IMG/VR virus record: IMGVR_UViG_3300044991_002130
Location: 10,406-74,405 of that record
DNA: 64,000 nucleotides
Reading direction: 5' to 3' (one strand)
Origin: a virus
Lineage: Duplodnaviria > Caudoviricetes
Every line of letters starts with the position of its first letter. Positions within the stretch are counted from its first letter, which is position 1. Position numbers and translations under genes: made by a program. Below, piece by piece: positions 9,250 through 17,004 of this stretch. The notes beneath the pieces are model-generated. The model was not told the origin of the DNA and ran no database searches. It was given only the letters and a program-made list of their open reading frames with translations.

Positions 9250-9333
9250 GTCAGTGGTGAATGATATAATGGCATTATTTCTCCCATAAAGGAGAATATC
9301 TGGGTTCGACTCCCAGTTTACCGAAAAGCTGAC
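9250..9333 (+). ncRNA. tRNA-like body inside an extended stem, no CCA
   Basis: D loop, TCTCC-CATAAA-GGAGA arm with 6-nt loop, CTGGG-TTCGACT-CCCAG T arm, acceptor extended by GTCAG/CTGAC. Confidence 0.55.
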
Positions 9334-9350
9334 ATGAGGCAAAACTTTAC

Positions 9351-9425
9351 GCCGAATAAACATAAATGGTAATGTGCTAGTCTTGTAAACTAGATAAGCG
9401 GGTTCGATTCCCGCATTTGGCTCCA
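9351..9425 (+). tRNA. tRNA-Thr(TGT)
   Basis: Loop CTTGTAA, TCCA; A8. Confidence 0.85.
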
Positions 9426-9510
9426 ATTTGTAGGTCGCAATATTCTGAATTATAATTCAGCGAAGATATTCCAATTATTGCGTTAGTGGAATTCGCCTAT
9501 AACAATTTAT

Positions 9511-9586
9511 GCCGTGTGACATAGCTGGTTGTGATGACTCCTCTGCAAAAGGATGGAGATTGGTTCGATTCCAATACGCGGCTCCA
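9511..9586 (+). tRNA. tRNA-Cys(GCA), atypical D arm
   Basis: Loop CTGCAAA, U73, CCA. Confidence 0.8.
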
Positions 9587-9594
9587 ATTTATAT

Positions 9595-9668
9595 GCGGGA
9601 TTAGTTTAGTGGTAGAATGTGACATTGCCAATGTCGATACGGGAGTTCGATTCTCCCATCCCGCACCA
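9595..9668 (+). tRNA. tRNA-Gly(GCC)
   Basis: Loop TTGCCAA, ACCA. Confidence 0.9.
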
Positions 9669-9670
9669 CT

Positions 9671-9796
9671 TTGACAGGATGGAATGGGCGTCGTATAGTT
9701 GGTAAATCAACTTGCAGTCCAACGTGAACCAACCCAGCAGCAACGAAGCGTGAGAAAAGTTGAGTTCTCATGTGAAGCTAGTAGAAGTTCTGTCAA
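9671..9796 (+). ncRNA. Unknown structured RNA
   Basis: Terminal stem TTGACAGGA/TTCTGTCAA between tRNAs. Confidence 0.45.
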
Positions 9797-9805
9797 TAAT
9801 TTTAT

Positions 9806-9883
9806 GGCCATGTGACGTAACTGGATAAACGTGTTAGTTTTAGAAACTAAATTCTGTGGGTTCGAGTCCCACCTTGGCTACCA
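9806..9883 (+). tRNA. tRNA-Leu(TAG), short variable loop
   Basis: Loop TTTAGAA, ACCA; no class II arm. Confidence 0.85.
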
Positions 9884-9968
9884 TTTTAGGTCGAAACAAT
9901 GAGTTGCATAAATTCAATGAAACGGTTGGTTAATAACCAACAGCCACTTTTCTTGGCGCGACTTTTAA

Positions 9969-10092
9969 TTTTGATAGTGTATGTGTTTTCGTCTCTAAAA
10001 TCTTACGGCACATGGAAGACGTGTAACGGGTTCAAAGTCCGACCACTTTGCATTGAGCAGAGTGAGTAAGCCAACCATATACATTATCAAAA
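9969..10092 (+). ncRNA. Unknown structured RNA
   Basis: Long terminal stem TTTTGATAGTGTATGT/ATATACATTATCAAAA; internal CGGGTTCAAAGTCCG T-loop-like hairpin. Confidence 0.55.
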
Positions 10093-10099
10093 AATTTAT

Positions 10100-10175
10100 G
10101 GGAGTTTGGTGAAGGCGGTCCTCACGTCGCACTGAAGATGCGAAGAAGTTGGTTCAATTCCAACAGCTCCCACCA
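10100..10175 (+). tRNA. tRNA-Phe(GAA)
   Basis: Loop CTGAAGA, ACCA. Confidence 0.85.
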
Positions 10176-10181
10176 TTTTAT

Positions 10182-10255
10182 TGAGATATGTTGTAGTGGT
10201 AGCAACGGAGTCTTTGAAACTCTTAGTCTTGGTTCGATTCCAAGTATCTCAGCCA
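10182..10255 (+). tRNA. tRNA-Gln(TTG), copy 1
   Basis: Loop CTTTGAA, U1-A72, GCCA. Confidence 0.9.
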
Positions 10256-10398
10256 GTTTGAGAAACCTATACCAATAGGTGTATAAGCCGAACGGCCCGA
10301 GAGGGATGGACGTGAGCTATAGCATGGATGTGTAATCGAAAGAGTATCCACCAAGACTTGTTCTTGGCGCAAAAATCCATTGTGACAACACCTCAAAC
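10256..10398 (+). ncRNA. Unknown structured RNA
   Basis: Terminal stem GTTTGAG/CTCAAAC with several internal hairpins. Confidence 0.45.
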
Positions 10399-10404
10399 AT
10401 TTAT

Positions 10405-10480
10405 CGGAGTGTGGTGACAAAGGTTGTCGATTCGTTTTGGAAACGAAATTATGCAGGTTCGAGTCCTGTCACTCCGACCA
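10405..10480 (+). tRNA. tRNA-Pro(TGG), atypical D arm
   Basis: Loop TTTGGAA, C1-G72, ACCA. Confidence 0.8.
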
Positions 10481-10487
10481 CTTTTAT

Positions 10488-10561
10488 TGAGATATGTTGT
10501 AGTGGTAGCAACGGAGTCTTTGAAACTCTTAGTCTTGGTTCGATTCCAAGTATCTCAGCCA
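10488..10561 (+). tRNA. tRNA-Gln(TTG), copy 2 (identical)
   Basis: Exact duplicate of 10182-10255. Confidence 0.9.
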
Positions 10562-10568
10562 TTTTTAT

Positions 10569-10643
10569 TGCGATATAGTGTTAAGGTAGCACAGCCCGAC
10601 TGTTAATCGGGAAGTGATGGTTCAAGTCCATCTTTCGCAGCCA
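10569..10643 (+). tRNA. tRNA-Asn(GTT)
   Basis: Loop CTGTTAA, GCCA. Confidence 0.85.
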
Positions 10644-10808
10644 TTTTATTATACAACAACTGCGGAGATAGTAATTCCAAAAAAGTTGTTACTGTATGAG
10701 TAGAAGATATCGTGAATTAATTACTATGTCACGTGAAGCGAAAAATATAGGATAATATAAAGGTGAAGCCTCATCTTGAATGGGTTAAATTCCCAAAGGC
10801 ATTTTTAT

Positions 10809-10886
10809 TCTCATCGGGCTGGCATGGTGTTAAGCACGTGACTGTTAATCACGATAAGCGTGGATCGTTACCACGGGTGGGAGCCA
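10809..10886 (+). tRNA. tRNA-Asn(GTT), atypical (T loop ATCGTTA)
   Basis: Loop CTGTTAA, GCCA. Confidence 0.75.
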
Positions 10887-10888
10887 AT

Positions 10889-11009
10889 TTAATGTAGCTG
10901 AGAACGGATGCAAGCGGTATACCGAAACGCCGAAAGGTTGACCTTGGAAACAAGCGGTATGTGTCGATACAAAAGTATCATAACAGAGTGGAACTCACAC
11001 TCTCATTAA
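10889..11009 (+). ncRNA. Unknown structured RNA
   Basis: TTAATG/CATTAA closure with GNRA-capped hairpins. Confidence 0.35.
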
Positions 11010-11020
11010 AAATTTTATAT

Positions 11021-11099
11021 GGAACTAAAGCCACAGTGGACGGGCAGCGGTCTTTTAAACCGTTAATTCGTGTGGGTTCAACTCCCACTGGTTCCACCA
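11021..11099 (+). tRNA. tRNA-Lys(TTT), atypical (A8)
   Basis: Loop CTTTTAA, ACCA; same body style as 8286. Confidence 0.8.
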
Positions 11100-11159
11100 T
11101 TTTGTTAGCTTTTTTGTACATATGAGTTATATTTATAGAAATACCACCATTATTTACAT

Positions 11160-11585
11160 ATGAAAAAAAGCGAACTTAAAGATATTATAGCCGAATGCGT
11201 TACCGAAGTCATTCAAGAACAAGGTTTACCAGAAGGTTGGGGACAAGACATGTTGAAAGGTTTGAAGAAGACCTTCACGGGCGATGGTCCAGACAGTGGA
11301 GCAGCACATTATGATAGAAATGCAAAAATGCACAATAAACGCGTGGATTACAGTAAAGCATCTATCGGAGATAAGTCTAAGATGCGGGCCGGAGCAAGAA
11401 AAACGGTAGAGGCTTCGAAACAAGAATTTGAAACTAAGTTAAAAGAAATGCTGCGCAGTGCATTCGTAGAAGCCGAATCAGTCGGAATGAAGCGCGAAGA
11501 CGTAACAAAAGCATTTCGTTCCGCAATCACGAGTATTTTTAACAAATATAAAAGACTCGAAGAGATAGCAGAAGAACAACAATAA
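11160..11585 (+). CDS. Hypothetical protein with MKKSELK leader (putative packaged head protein)
   Basis: N-terminal motif shared with 18174 and 26102; TATTTAT motif upstream. Confidence 0.7.
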   Translation: MKKSELKDIIAECVTEVIQEQGLPEGWGQDMLKGLKKTFTGDGPDSGAAHYDRNAKMHNKRVDYSKASIGDKSKMRAGARKTVEASKQEFETKLKEMLRSAFVEAESVGMKREDVTKAFRSAITSIFNKYKRLEEIAEEQQ

Positions 11586-11737
11586 TTTTTAGGTGATGTG
11601 TGAGGTTTCACTGACTCACACTTAGTCGAGAAGCTCGATAACCTTTTGGGTGTGAGGGGCGACTATCGTGTCGCCGACATCTTTGGTCCCCACCAATTTG
11701 TCGCAATGGGGCAATACCTCACACATATAATTTATAT

Positions 11738-11820
11738 AGCAGAGACAAGCCAAGGGACGCTGAGTGCGCTCATAACGCATCCGAAAGGTATGATGGATTC
11801 GATTTCCATCTCTGCTACCA
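11738..11820 (+). tRNA. tRNA-CAT (Met or Ile2), atypical, with variable hairpin
   Basis: Loop CTCATAA, CCGAAAGG variable arm, ACCA. Confidence 0.7.
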
Positions 11821-11909
11821 ATTTCGTATTCGTGTTTCGGACCAAAAGAATATAGAGTGACATACGACTCTTTCAATTGGAAAAATCAGAGCACCCAATT
11901 TATTTTTAT

Positions 11910-11985
11910 CAGTGTGTGGTGCAAGAGGTTGGCGATTCCGCTTGGAACGGAAATTATGTAGGTTCGAGTCCTATCACACTGACCA
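11910..11985 (+). tRNA. tRNA-Pro(TGG), atypical D arm
   Basis: Loop CTTGGAA, ACCA; paralog of 10405. Confidence 0.8.
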
Positions 11986-12050
11986 ATTTTTAACATACAC
12001 AGTAGTCCTCTTGATTTATATCAATGTCAATAATGGCTGTGTGAAACTTT

Positions 12051-12127
12051 GGAGTGGGAGCTTATGAAGCACAAGCAATAGATTGTCAATCTATAGAAAG
12101 TCGGTGCAAATCCGATGCACTCCGCCA
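12051..12127 (+). tRNA. tRNA-Asp(GTC), atypical
   Basis: Loop TTGTCAA, T loop TGCAAAT, no GG in D loop, GCCA. Confidence 0.7.
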
Positions 12128-12161
12128 ATTTTACGATTTGAATATGGACGCATATTCATTC

Positions 12162-12240
12162 GTCGCGTCTGATTCAAGGTGACTGGCAGTCCTTGTGGCT
12201 GGGTTCTAGACTAAGTTGTTTCGACTACAACGGCGCGACA
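12162..12240 (+). ncRNA. tRNA-like RNA with 8-bp acceptor stem, no CCA
   Basis: GTCGCGTC/GGCGCGAC, T arm GTTGT-TTCGACT-ACAAC; anticodon unclear. Confidence 0.5.
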
Positions 12241-12254
12241 TATTTAAATTTTAT

Positions 12255-12330
12255 GGTGTTATAGTGTAAAGGTCGCACTGGCTGATTGTCAATCAGCAAG
12301 ACGGGGTTCGAGTTCCCCGTAACACCGCCA
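12255..12330 (+). tRNA. tRNA-Asp(GTC)
   Basis: Loop TTGTCAA, GCCA. Confidence 0.85.
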
Positions 12331-12371
12331 CTTTGAGTCGCAATATGGAAACATATATGCCGATTTTATAT

Positions 12372-12447
12372 GCGCACGTCGTCCAACTGGATAGGACATC
12401 AGATTACGAATCTGAGAATTAGGGTTCGAATCCCTACGAGCGCACCA
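12372..12447 (+). tRNA. tRNA-Arg(ACG)
   Basis: Loop TTACGAA, ACCA. Confidence 0.9.
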
Positions 12448-12453
12448 TTTTAT

Positions 12454-12530
12454 GGAGACGCTGGCAAAGTAGAGCCGACCTCGCTTCGAACGAGTTATAA
12501 CTATAGGTTAGAGTCCTATCGCCTCCACCA
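12454..12530 (+). tRNA. tRNA-Arg(TCG), atypical
   Basis: Loop CTTCGAA, T loop TTAGAGT, ACCA. Confidence 0.7.
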
Positions 12531-12533
12531 ATT

Positions 12534-12691
12534 TTTGAGCGGCAGCGTGGAAGGACATACAGCCTTGAGAAGTTCTATTACGCACAGTATAGTGTACATA
12601 AAGCTGTGCCTCTGAAACGAAGCGATGACTACCTAATAGATCGGGTCAGATTCAATGTCATCAATAGGTATCAATTCCTATCCGACTCAAA
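12534..12691 (+). ncRNA. RNA with a tRNA-elbow-like frame and about 100-nt insert
   Basis: TTGAG.CGG/CCG.CTCAA closure, D-like GCGTGGAAGGAC, T-like ATAGG-TATCAATT-CCTAT. Confidence 0.5.
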
Positions 12692-12695
12692 TTAA

Positions 12696-12903
12696 TTTTG
12701 AATAGCAGCTCGGAGTGTAGAAAAGTTTTTCCCTTTTCGGTACGAGCATGGGGTTAAACCATCAGCGGAAAAATAAGCAACGAAAAGCCTCTAAGTTCAT
12801 AACAATATGTTAAATGGGAAAATAATAACATGTTGGAATTTATGCGCAAACAGGAAACTCGCTATAGTGTAGATATATAAAGCAAAACTACATCTATTCA
12901 AAA
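12696..12903 (+). ncRNA. Unknown structured RNA (about 210 nt)
   Basis: TTTTGAATAG/CTATTCAAAA terminal stem. Confidence 0.5.
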
Positions 12904-12908
12904 ATTTT

Positions 12909-12999
12909 TGGATATGTTGCGGAACGTCTAGACAATTAACGCAAAGCTAGTCAAAGAGAATTAACATTCTTGATTGTAAGTTCAAATCTTACCTATCCA
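12909..12999 (+). pseudogene. Degenerate tRNA-like element
   Basis: TGGATA/TATCCA closure and T arm GTAAG-TTCAAAT-CTTAC only. Confidence 0.35.
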
Positions 13000-13201
13000 A
13001 ATTTTTTAATTTACAGAGAGTTAAGGGTACAGCCATTGGAATATCGCAGTGGGTTCATGTAGCGTAATAAGCACTCTTGACCAAACACTTTCTAATATTT
13101 GGACAGAAGTCTAGTTGTTTGTAAAACAGGAGTCGGTGTAATCATATTGATGTTTTTCAACAGGCAACCGTGCGCGGAATAATCGGGTGCTGTTCATTTT
13201 T

Positions 13202-13277
13202 GGCCCTATAGAATAATGGTTGAGTTCGCCTGCCTTTCAAGCAGGAGAGCCGGGATCGTGACCCGGTGGGGCTACCA
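13202..13277 (+). tRNA. tRNA-Glu(TTC)
   Basis: Loop CTTTCAA, T loop ATCGTGA, ACCA. Confidence 0.85.
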
Positions 13278-13278
13278 A

Positions 13279-13405
13279 TTTGTCATCATTGAGGGCAGAA
13301 ATATGAAATAGCAGTGGTGTAATGGTAGCACAGGGACAGCAAATCTTGCGATATGGTTCGATTCCATGCAGTGAAAAATAAGTCTGAGCGACCTGAAATG
13401 ACAAA
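13279..13405 (+). ncRNA. RNA carrying D/anticodon/T arms without an acceptor stem
   Basis: TTTGTCAT/ATGACAAA closure; GTGTAATGGTAGCAC D arm; TATGG-TTCGATT-CCATG T arm. Confidence 0.55.
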
Positions 13406-13407
13406 AA

Positions 13408-13680
13408 TTTTTGTTGAGGAGGTTGGTCTAGAGGCAGCAATCCTATAATGAGTAGAGTCCGTACTCCAAGCTAGTAAAAGTGCAGCGATGAATTCTCGAA
13501 TTCTGCATTTCCCATTACCAACTATAATGGTTCGCGTGGAGGCAATTCAGACGCGAACCGATAAGAACTACGGAATTGACCTTAGCTCGGTGCCGAAAAT
13601 GTAAGCGCAAATATAGTTGTTATATATTTGGCCGCGAAACGGTGTTAGCTCTTTTGGCGTAATAGCACACTCTTCAAAAA
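13408..13680 (+). ncRNA. 23S rRNA L11-binding (H43/H44) mimic split by about 200-nt insert
   Basis: AGGAGGTTGGTCTAGAGGCAGCAATCCTATAATGAGT ... GCGTAATAGCACACT matches 23S about 1054-1105. Confidence 0.75.
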
Positions 13681-13689
13681 TATTTAAAT

Positions 13690-13768
13690 GGCGATATCGT
13701 CTATGTTTGGAAAGGACAGGATATTCTCAATATTCAAAGGTCGGTTCGACTCCCGACTATCGCCACCA
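13690..13768 (+). tRNA. tRNA-Glu(CTC)
   Basis: Loop TTCTCAA, ACCA. Confidence 0.8.
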
Positions 13769-13770
13769 TT

Positions 13771-15129
13771 TTATGTTTTCCATTTACGAATTAAGTTTTT
13801 CAACTTGATTCTGTGCTCGCGGATTTTTTGCTTACTGCGCAATCTGATATAATTAGCAACTTCCTCCGCGCCACCAAAAGTTAACATTTCAACTATATCG
13901 TTAATATCTTTTGGAATAAATTTTTCTTGGGTCTGTGGGTCGGCGAACATGTATGTTTGATTTGAAGAATTTCGATATGCTTGATATTTTTTCATCGCAT
14001 TCCCTAACACACTTTCTAGATTGAAATCGGATAATCTCACCAAGTTTTCGTAACTAGAATCGTCCAATACACCGCGAACAATATTTGACATTGGTTTGCC
14101 GTAAGTTTTAATATTCACAACGTGTGTTATAGCGTTGGTGATTTGGTCGAGATAATCTCCGTCGTAACTTTTCAAGAACTTGGTCAAATCTTTAGAGAGG
14201 AATACACCATTGTCTCTTCCATGATGAAAGATGCACCACCACGCTAAGTTTTTTCCCAGCGCATCGTAATCTTCGGTTCCTAGATATTCTTCTAGGTCGT
14301 CCTCTATACGACCGTCGTCTAGGATGTTATAATGTTCTGCTATTAGCGTAGACAGTTTAGGAACAAACTCGTCGCCATGATCTTTTACCCACTCTTCGTT
14401 TTTCTTTTCTTCCACTTCTTGCTGTCTGTCTGAAATATTGCTTTCATCGTCATCAAGGTATTCCGTTAATTTTTCCATTGCTTCTTCCGGCAATATTTCT
14501 GATAAATATTCCCCCGGTCTAGACATGGTATGGTCCTGAGAATTATACAATGTCCAATCACGACTGTTCGCCCCGGACGGAGAGAGCAACGCCAATCGAG
14601 CCATTGGTTTTTCAGATTCTCGGTCATGTATAAGAATTACGGTGTTTTCAGAGTAGTAATCCTGCCAATAATCTTCGCTGCTTGAAATACACCAGTTGGT
14701 TTTTCCGGCTGCAAAATTTCCAACTGCATCTTGTGAGCGCGGACCGACAATTAAAAATCTGTCATCTTCGTAAATCAGTTCGGTGTCTGCGGCTAATTTT
14801 TCTCTGTTGCTAAGTTTCTTCGCGGCTTCGTCGGTGGCTCGGACAAACTCTTCATAAGTTTTGTACTTGTTGATGTCAATGCTTGATAGCTTGTTGAAGT
14901 GCACCTTAATTCTCTGTAACAAATCATTAGCGAACACTTTGTTTTCAATTTTGTCGGATACGGTGACGATCTTTCCAAGCCAGTCGAGATACTTCTTGTT
15001 GGCGGTAAAGTCGCCATCTATAAGTAAGTTCTGCATCCATAATGGGAGGTTTACGTATTTCTCTTGAAAGTCAGAAACTCGACTTTCCAGCAATAAATAT
15101 GGCAATAAAGATGATAATTTGATGTGCAT
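13771..15129 (-). CDS. Hypothetical protein with IKL..LL leader (putative head protein)
   Basis: 452 aa; MHIKLSSLL..LLE start; KTNWCISS motif. Confidence 0.75.
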   Translation of the reverse strand: MHIKLSSLLPYLLLESRVSDFQEKYVNLPLWMQNLLIDGDFTANKKYLDWLGKIVTVSDKIENKVFANDLLQRIKVHFNKLSSIDINKYKTYEEFVRATDEAAKKLSNREKLAADTELIYEDDRFLIVGPRSQDAVGNFAAGKTNWCISSSEDYWQDYYSENTVILIHDRESEKPMARLALLSPSGANSRDWTLYNSQDHTMSRPGEYLSEILPEEAMEKLTEYLDDDESNISDRQQEVEEKKNEEWVKDHGDEFVPKLSTLIAEHYNILDDGRIEDDLEEYLGTEDYDALGKNLAWWCIFHHGRDNGVFLSKDLTKFLKSYDGDYLDQITNAITHVVNIKTYGKPMSNIVRGVLDDSSYENLVRLSDFNLESVLGNAMKKYQAYRNSSNQTYMFADPQTQEKFIPKDINDIVEMLTFGGAEEVANYIRLRSKQKIREHRIKLKNLIRKWKT

Positions 15130-15193
15130 TAGTAATTATAAATATAATGCAGTGATTATAATAAACGATTTTACAGAATTTGATTTATAATAT

Positions 15194-15268
15194 GGTGTGG
15201 TAGAACAATGGTAGTTCAACGTCTTGATAAGGCGAAGGTTGTGGGTTCGACTCCCACCCGCACCACCA
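15194..15268 (+). tRNA. tRNA-Ile(GAT)
   Basis: Loop TTGATAA, ACCA. Confidence 0.9.
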
Positions 15269-15272
15269 ATTT

Positions 15273-15348
15273 GAAGAAGTAGCTCAGAGAAAGAGCGCCG
15301 GTGTTTCAACGTCTGTGAGGTCGGTGGTTCAAGTCCACCCTTCTTCGA
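15273..15348 (+). pseudogene. tRNA-like gene with enlarged anticodon arm, no CCA
   Basis: GAAGAAG/CTTCTTC acceptor, D and T arms intact; 20-nt anticodon region containing TTTCAA. Confidence 0.55.
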
Positions 15349-15356
15349 TATTTTAT

Positions 15357-15433
15357 GGGGTCGCATGTACTAAGGATAGCGACGGATACTTGCAATATCT
15401 GTGATGTGAGTTCGATTCTCACCGATTCCACCA
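15357..15433 (+). tRNA. tRNA-Ala(TGC), atypical D arm
   Basis: G3-U70, loop CTTGCAA, ACCA. Confidence 0.8.
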
Positions 15434-15435
15434 AT

Positions 15436-16998
15436 TTAACTTGGATCATATCCAAACTCATGAAGACTATCGCCTGTAGTAAATAAATGCATAGCCGAAA
15501 CAGTCTTTGTTAAGATTTTATAATCTCCCATAAGAGTATTTCTGCCGTGACTAATAGCGTATCTTTTATTTATTGTCACCCAATCACCGGGATTGATTTT
15601 TAAACCTTTCAATTTCTTCGATTTGAGCGCGTCCATCTCAGCAAACAATTTTTCAAGCAAAGCGTCTTTGTTATATTTTAACTCGGGATATAAATCGGAA
15701 TATTTACTGCCTACTGGTAAAAATCCAAATTTCATGATGTACCCGGCAACGGTTGATATATCTTTAATTTTATTATCCGTGTCTTTGTTTAAGTTTGGTA
15801 CTGCCCTGTATATTCTAACTTGCTTGTTGGGGTTTCCTCTTGCACTTTGTATTATAGATACGGTCTCAGCATCACTGTATTCAGTTGATCGATCCCCATA
15901 ATATTGTTCGGCCTTCGATGAATAAACATCGTCTGGATAAATTTTTGTTAAATCGTGCAATGGTGCTCCGCCATCTTTATCTGGCGCACGGTGTTGACCT
16001 TTATAATCTTCTTGTTCAGACAATTTTAATTGGTCACGCTGGTCGTTTGATATAGCGTTTTTACTTTTTAGTTTATCAAAGAACAACTTCACTCTTGGGT
16101 CGGATGATAATAAACTATCGGATGCTGCCTCTTCCATCCAGTGTTCTAATAAAGTTGTCAAATCCTCGCGGTTGACGGCGTTGTTAATCAAAATATTTTT
16201 GTCTTTTATATCACCCTTAAATCTCATTGGAACATTTGATCCCACTTTTTTATATCCAATTTTTTCTAATTGATTGGATATTTTTTCCGGAACTGCAAAA
16301 ATAGCCGGTGTGGATGAGTGTAGCAAATCCAATAGCATATCTATACCAGTTTTACCAGTCTCGGGTGCAAAATGCGAAACGGCAAATGTATCACCGATGA
16401 ATTGACCAACGAGATAATCTTTGGAGTTATATGGATTATAAATAGTCCCATGTCCGCTTTGTAAATGTGAAATTAAATCGGTAGGATTTATACCTGCACG
16501 AACCGCGTATTTTTCGTAGTTATCTTGAATAGTATGTGCTTCTTCTTCACCTGTAACATCTCTAAAATTTGAAGATAGCCGAGTATCGGATTGCGGCAAC
16601 TTAGTTACTGTATATGCCTCAGATACCTTACTTGTATTTATTTTTTCCGATTTTATTATTTTTATTTGCCGTGGAGAAAATACAAAACAGTCAAATTGAC
16701 CATCAGCGTCTTTGAGGATTACTCCATCAAATCCATTACCTTTAATCTGACCAAGACCAAGCTTGTCGTATTCATCCCACCCAGCAGGATTATTAATGGT
16801 GACTTCGGCAGTAATTAGGTAACCTTTACCTTGTGCACCCGCTTCGTTTGACAATATTTTGTTTTTATCAGACGTAAACCATATAATACCTTGAGTAGTT
16901 TTTTTCAAGTCAAACTTTTTAAATTTTGAACCTGTTCCATGATACACAGTCAATGGTTTCGACTGAATCTCGTTAAGTAAATCTTTTAATTTAATCAT
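15436..16998 (-). CDS. Multi-domain protein with two ADP-ribosyltransferase-like domains and MIKLKDLL leader
   Basis: N-terminal VYHGT...FD...GIIWFT; C-terminal IYRAVP...INPGDWVT...YA..HG. Confidence 0.6.
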   Translation of the reverse strand: MIKLKDLLNEIQSKPLTVYHGTGSKFKKFDLKKTTQGIIWFTSDKNKILSNEAGAQGKGYLITAEVTINNPAGWDEYDKLGLGQIKGNGFDGVILKDADGQFDCFVFSPRQIKIIKSEKINTSKVSEAYTVTKLPQSDTRLSSNFRDVTGEEEAHTIQDNYEKYAVRAGINPTDLISHLQSGHGTIYNPYNSKDYLVGQFIGDTFAVSHFAPETGKTGIDMLLDLLHSSTPAIFAVPEKISNQLEKIGYKKVGSNVPMRFKGDIKDKNILINNAVNREDLTTLLEHWMEEAASDSLLSSDPRVKLFFDKLKSKNAISNDQRDQLKLSEQEDYKGQHRAPDKDGGAPLHDLTKIYPDDVYSSKAEQYYGDRSTEYSDAETVSIIQSARGNPNKQVRIYRAVPNLNKDTDNKIKDISTVAGYIMKFGFLPVGSKYSDLYPELKYNKDALLEKLFAEMDALKSKKLKGLKINPGDWVTINKRYAISHGRNTLMGDYKILTKTVSAMHLFTTGDSLHEFGYDPS

Positions 16999-17004
16999 GA
17001 TATA

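Noticed and set aside
10283-10315. GGCCCGAGAGGGATG resembling 16S helix 12, and AGCAACG..GCGTGAG near 9738 resembling 16S about 390-405
   Set aside because: Too short to distinguish from generic tetraloop hairpins, unlike the 23S H43/44 match.
13408-13680. Genuine rRNA gene or host contamination
   Set aside because: Only about 55 nt of 23S similarity, split by an insert and embedded among phage tRNAs; treated as a mimic.
9226-13808. Short ORFs from the track in the tRNA region (e.g. 9226-9426, 10223-10420, 10424-10606, 12370-12615, 13237-13440, 13617-13808)
   Set aside because: They overlap tRNA or ncRNA genes and translate tRNA motifs; shadow ORFs.
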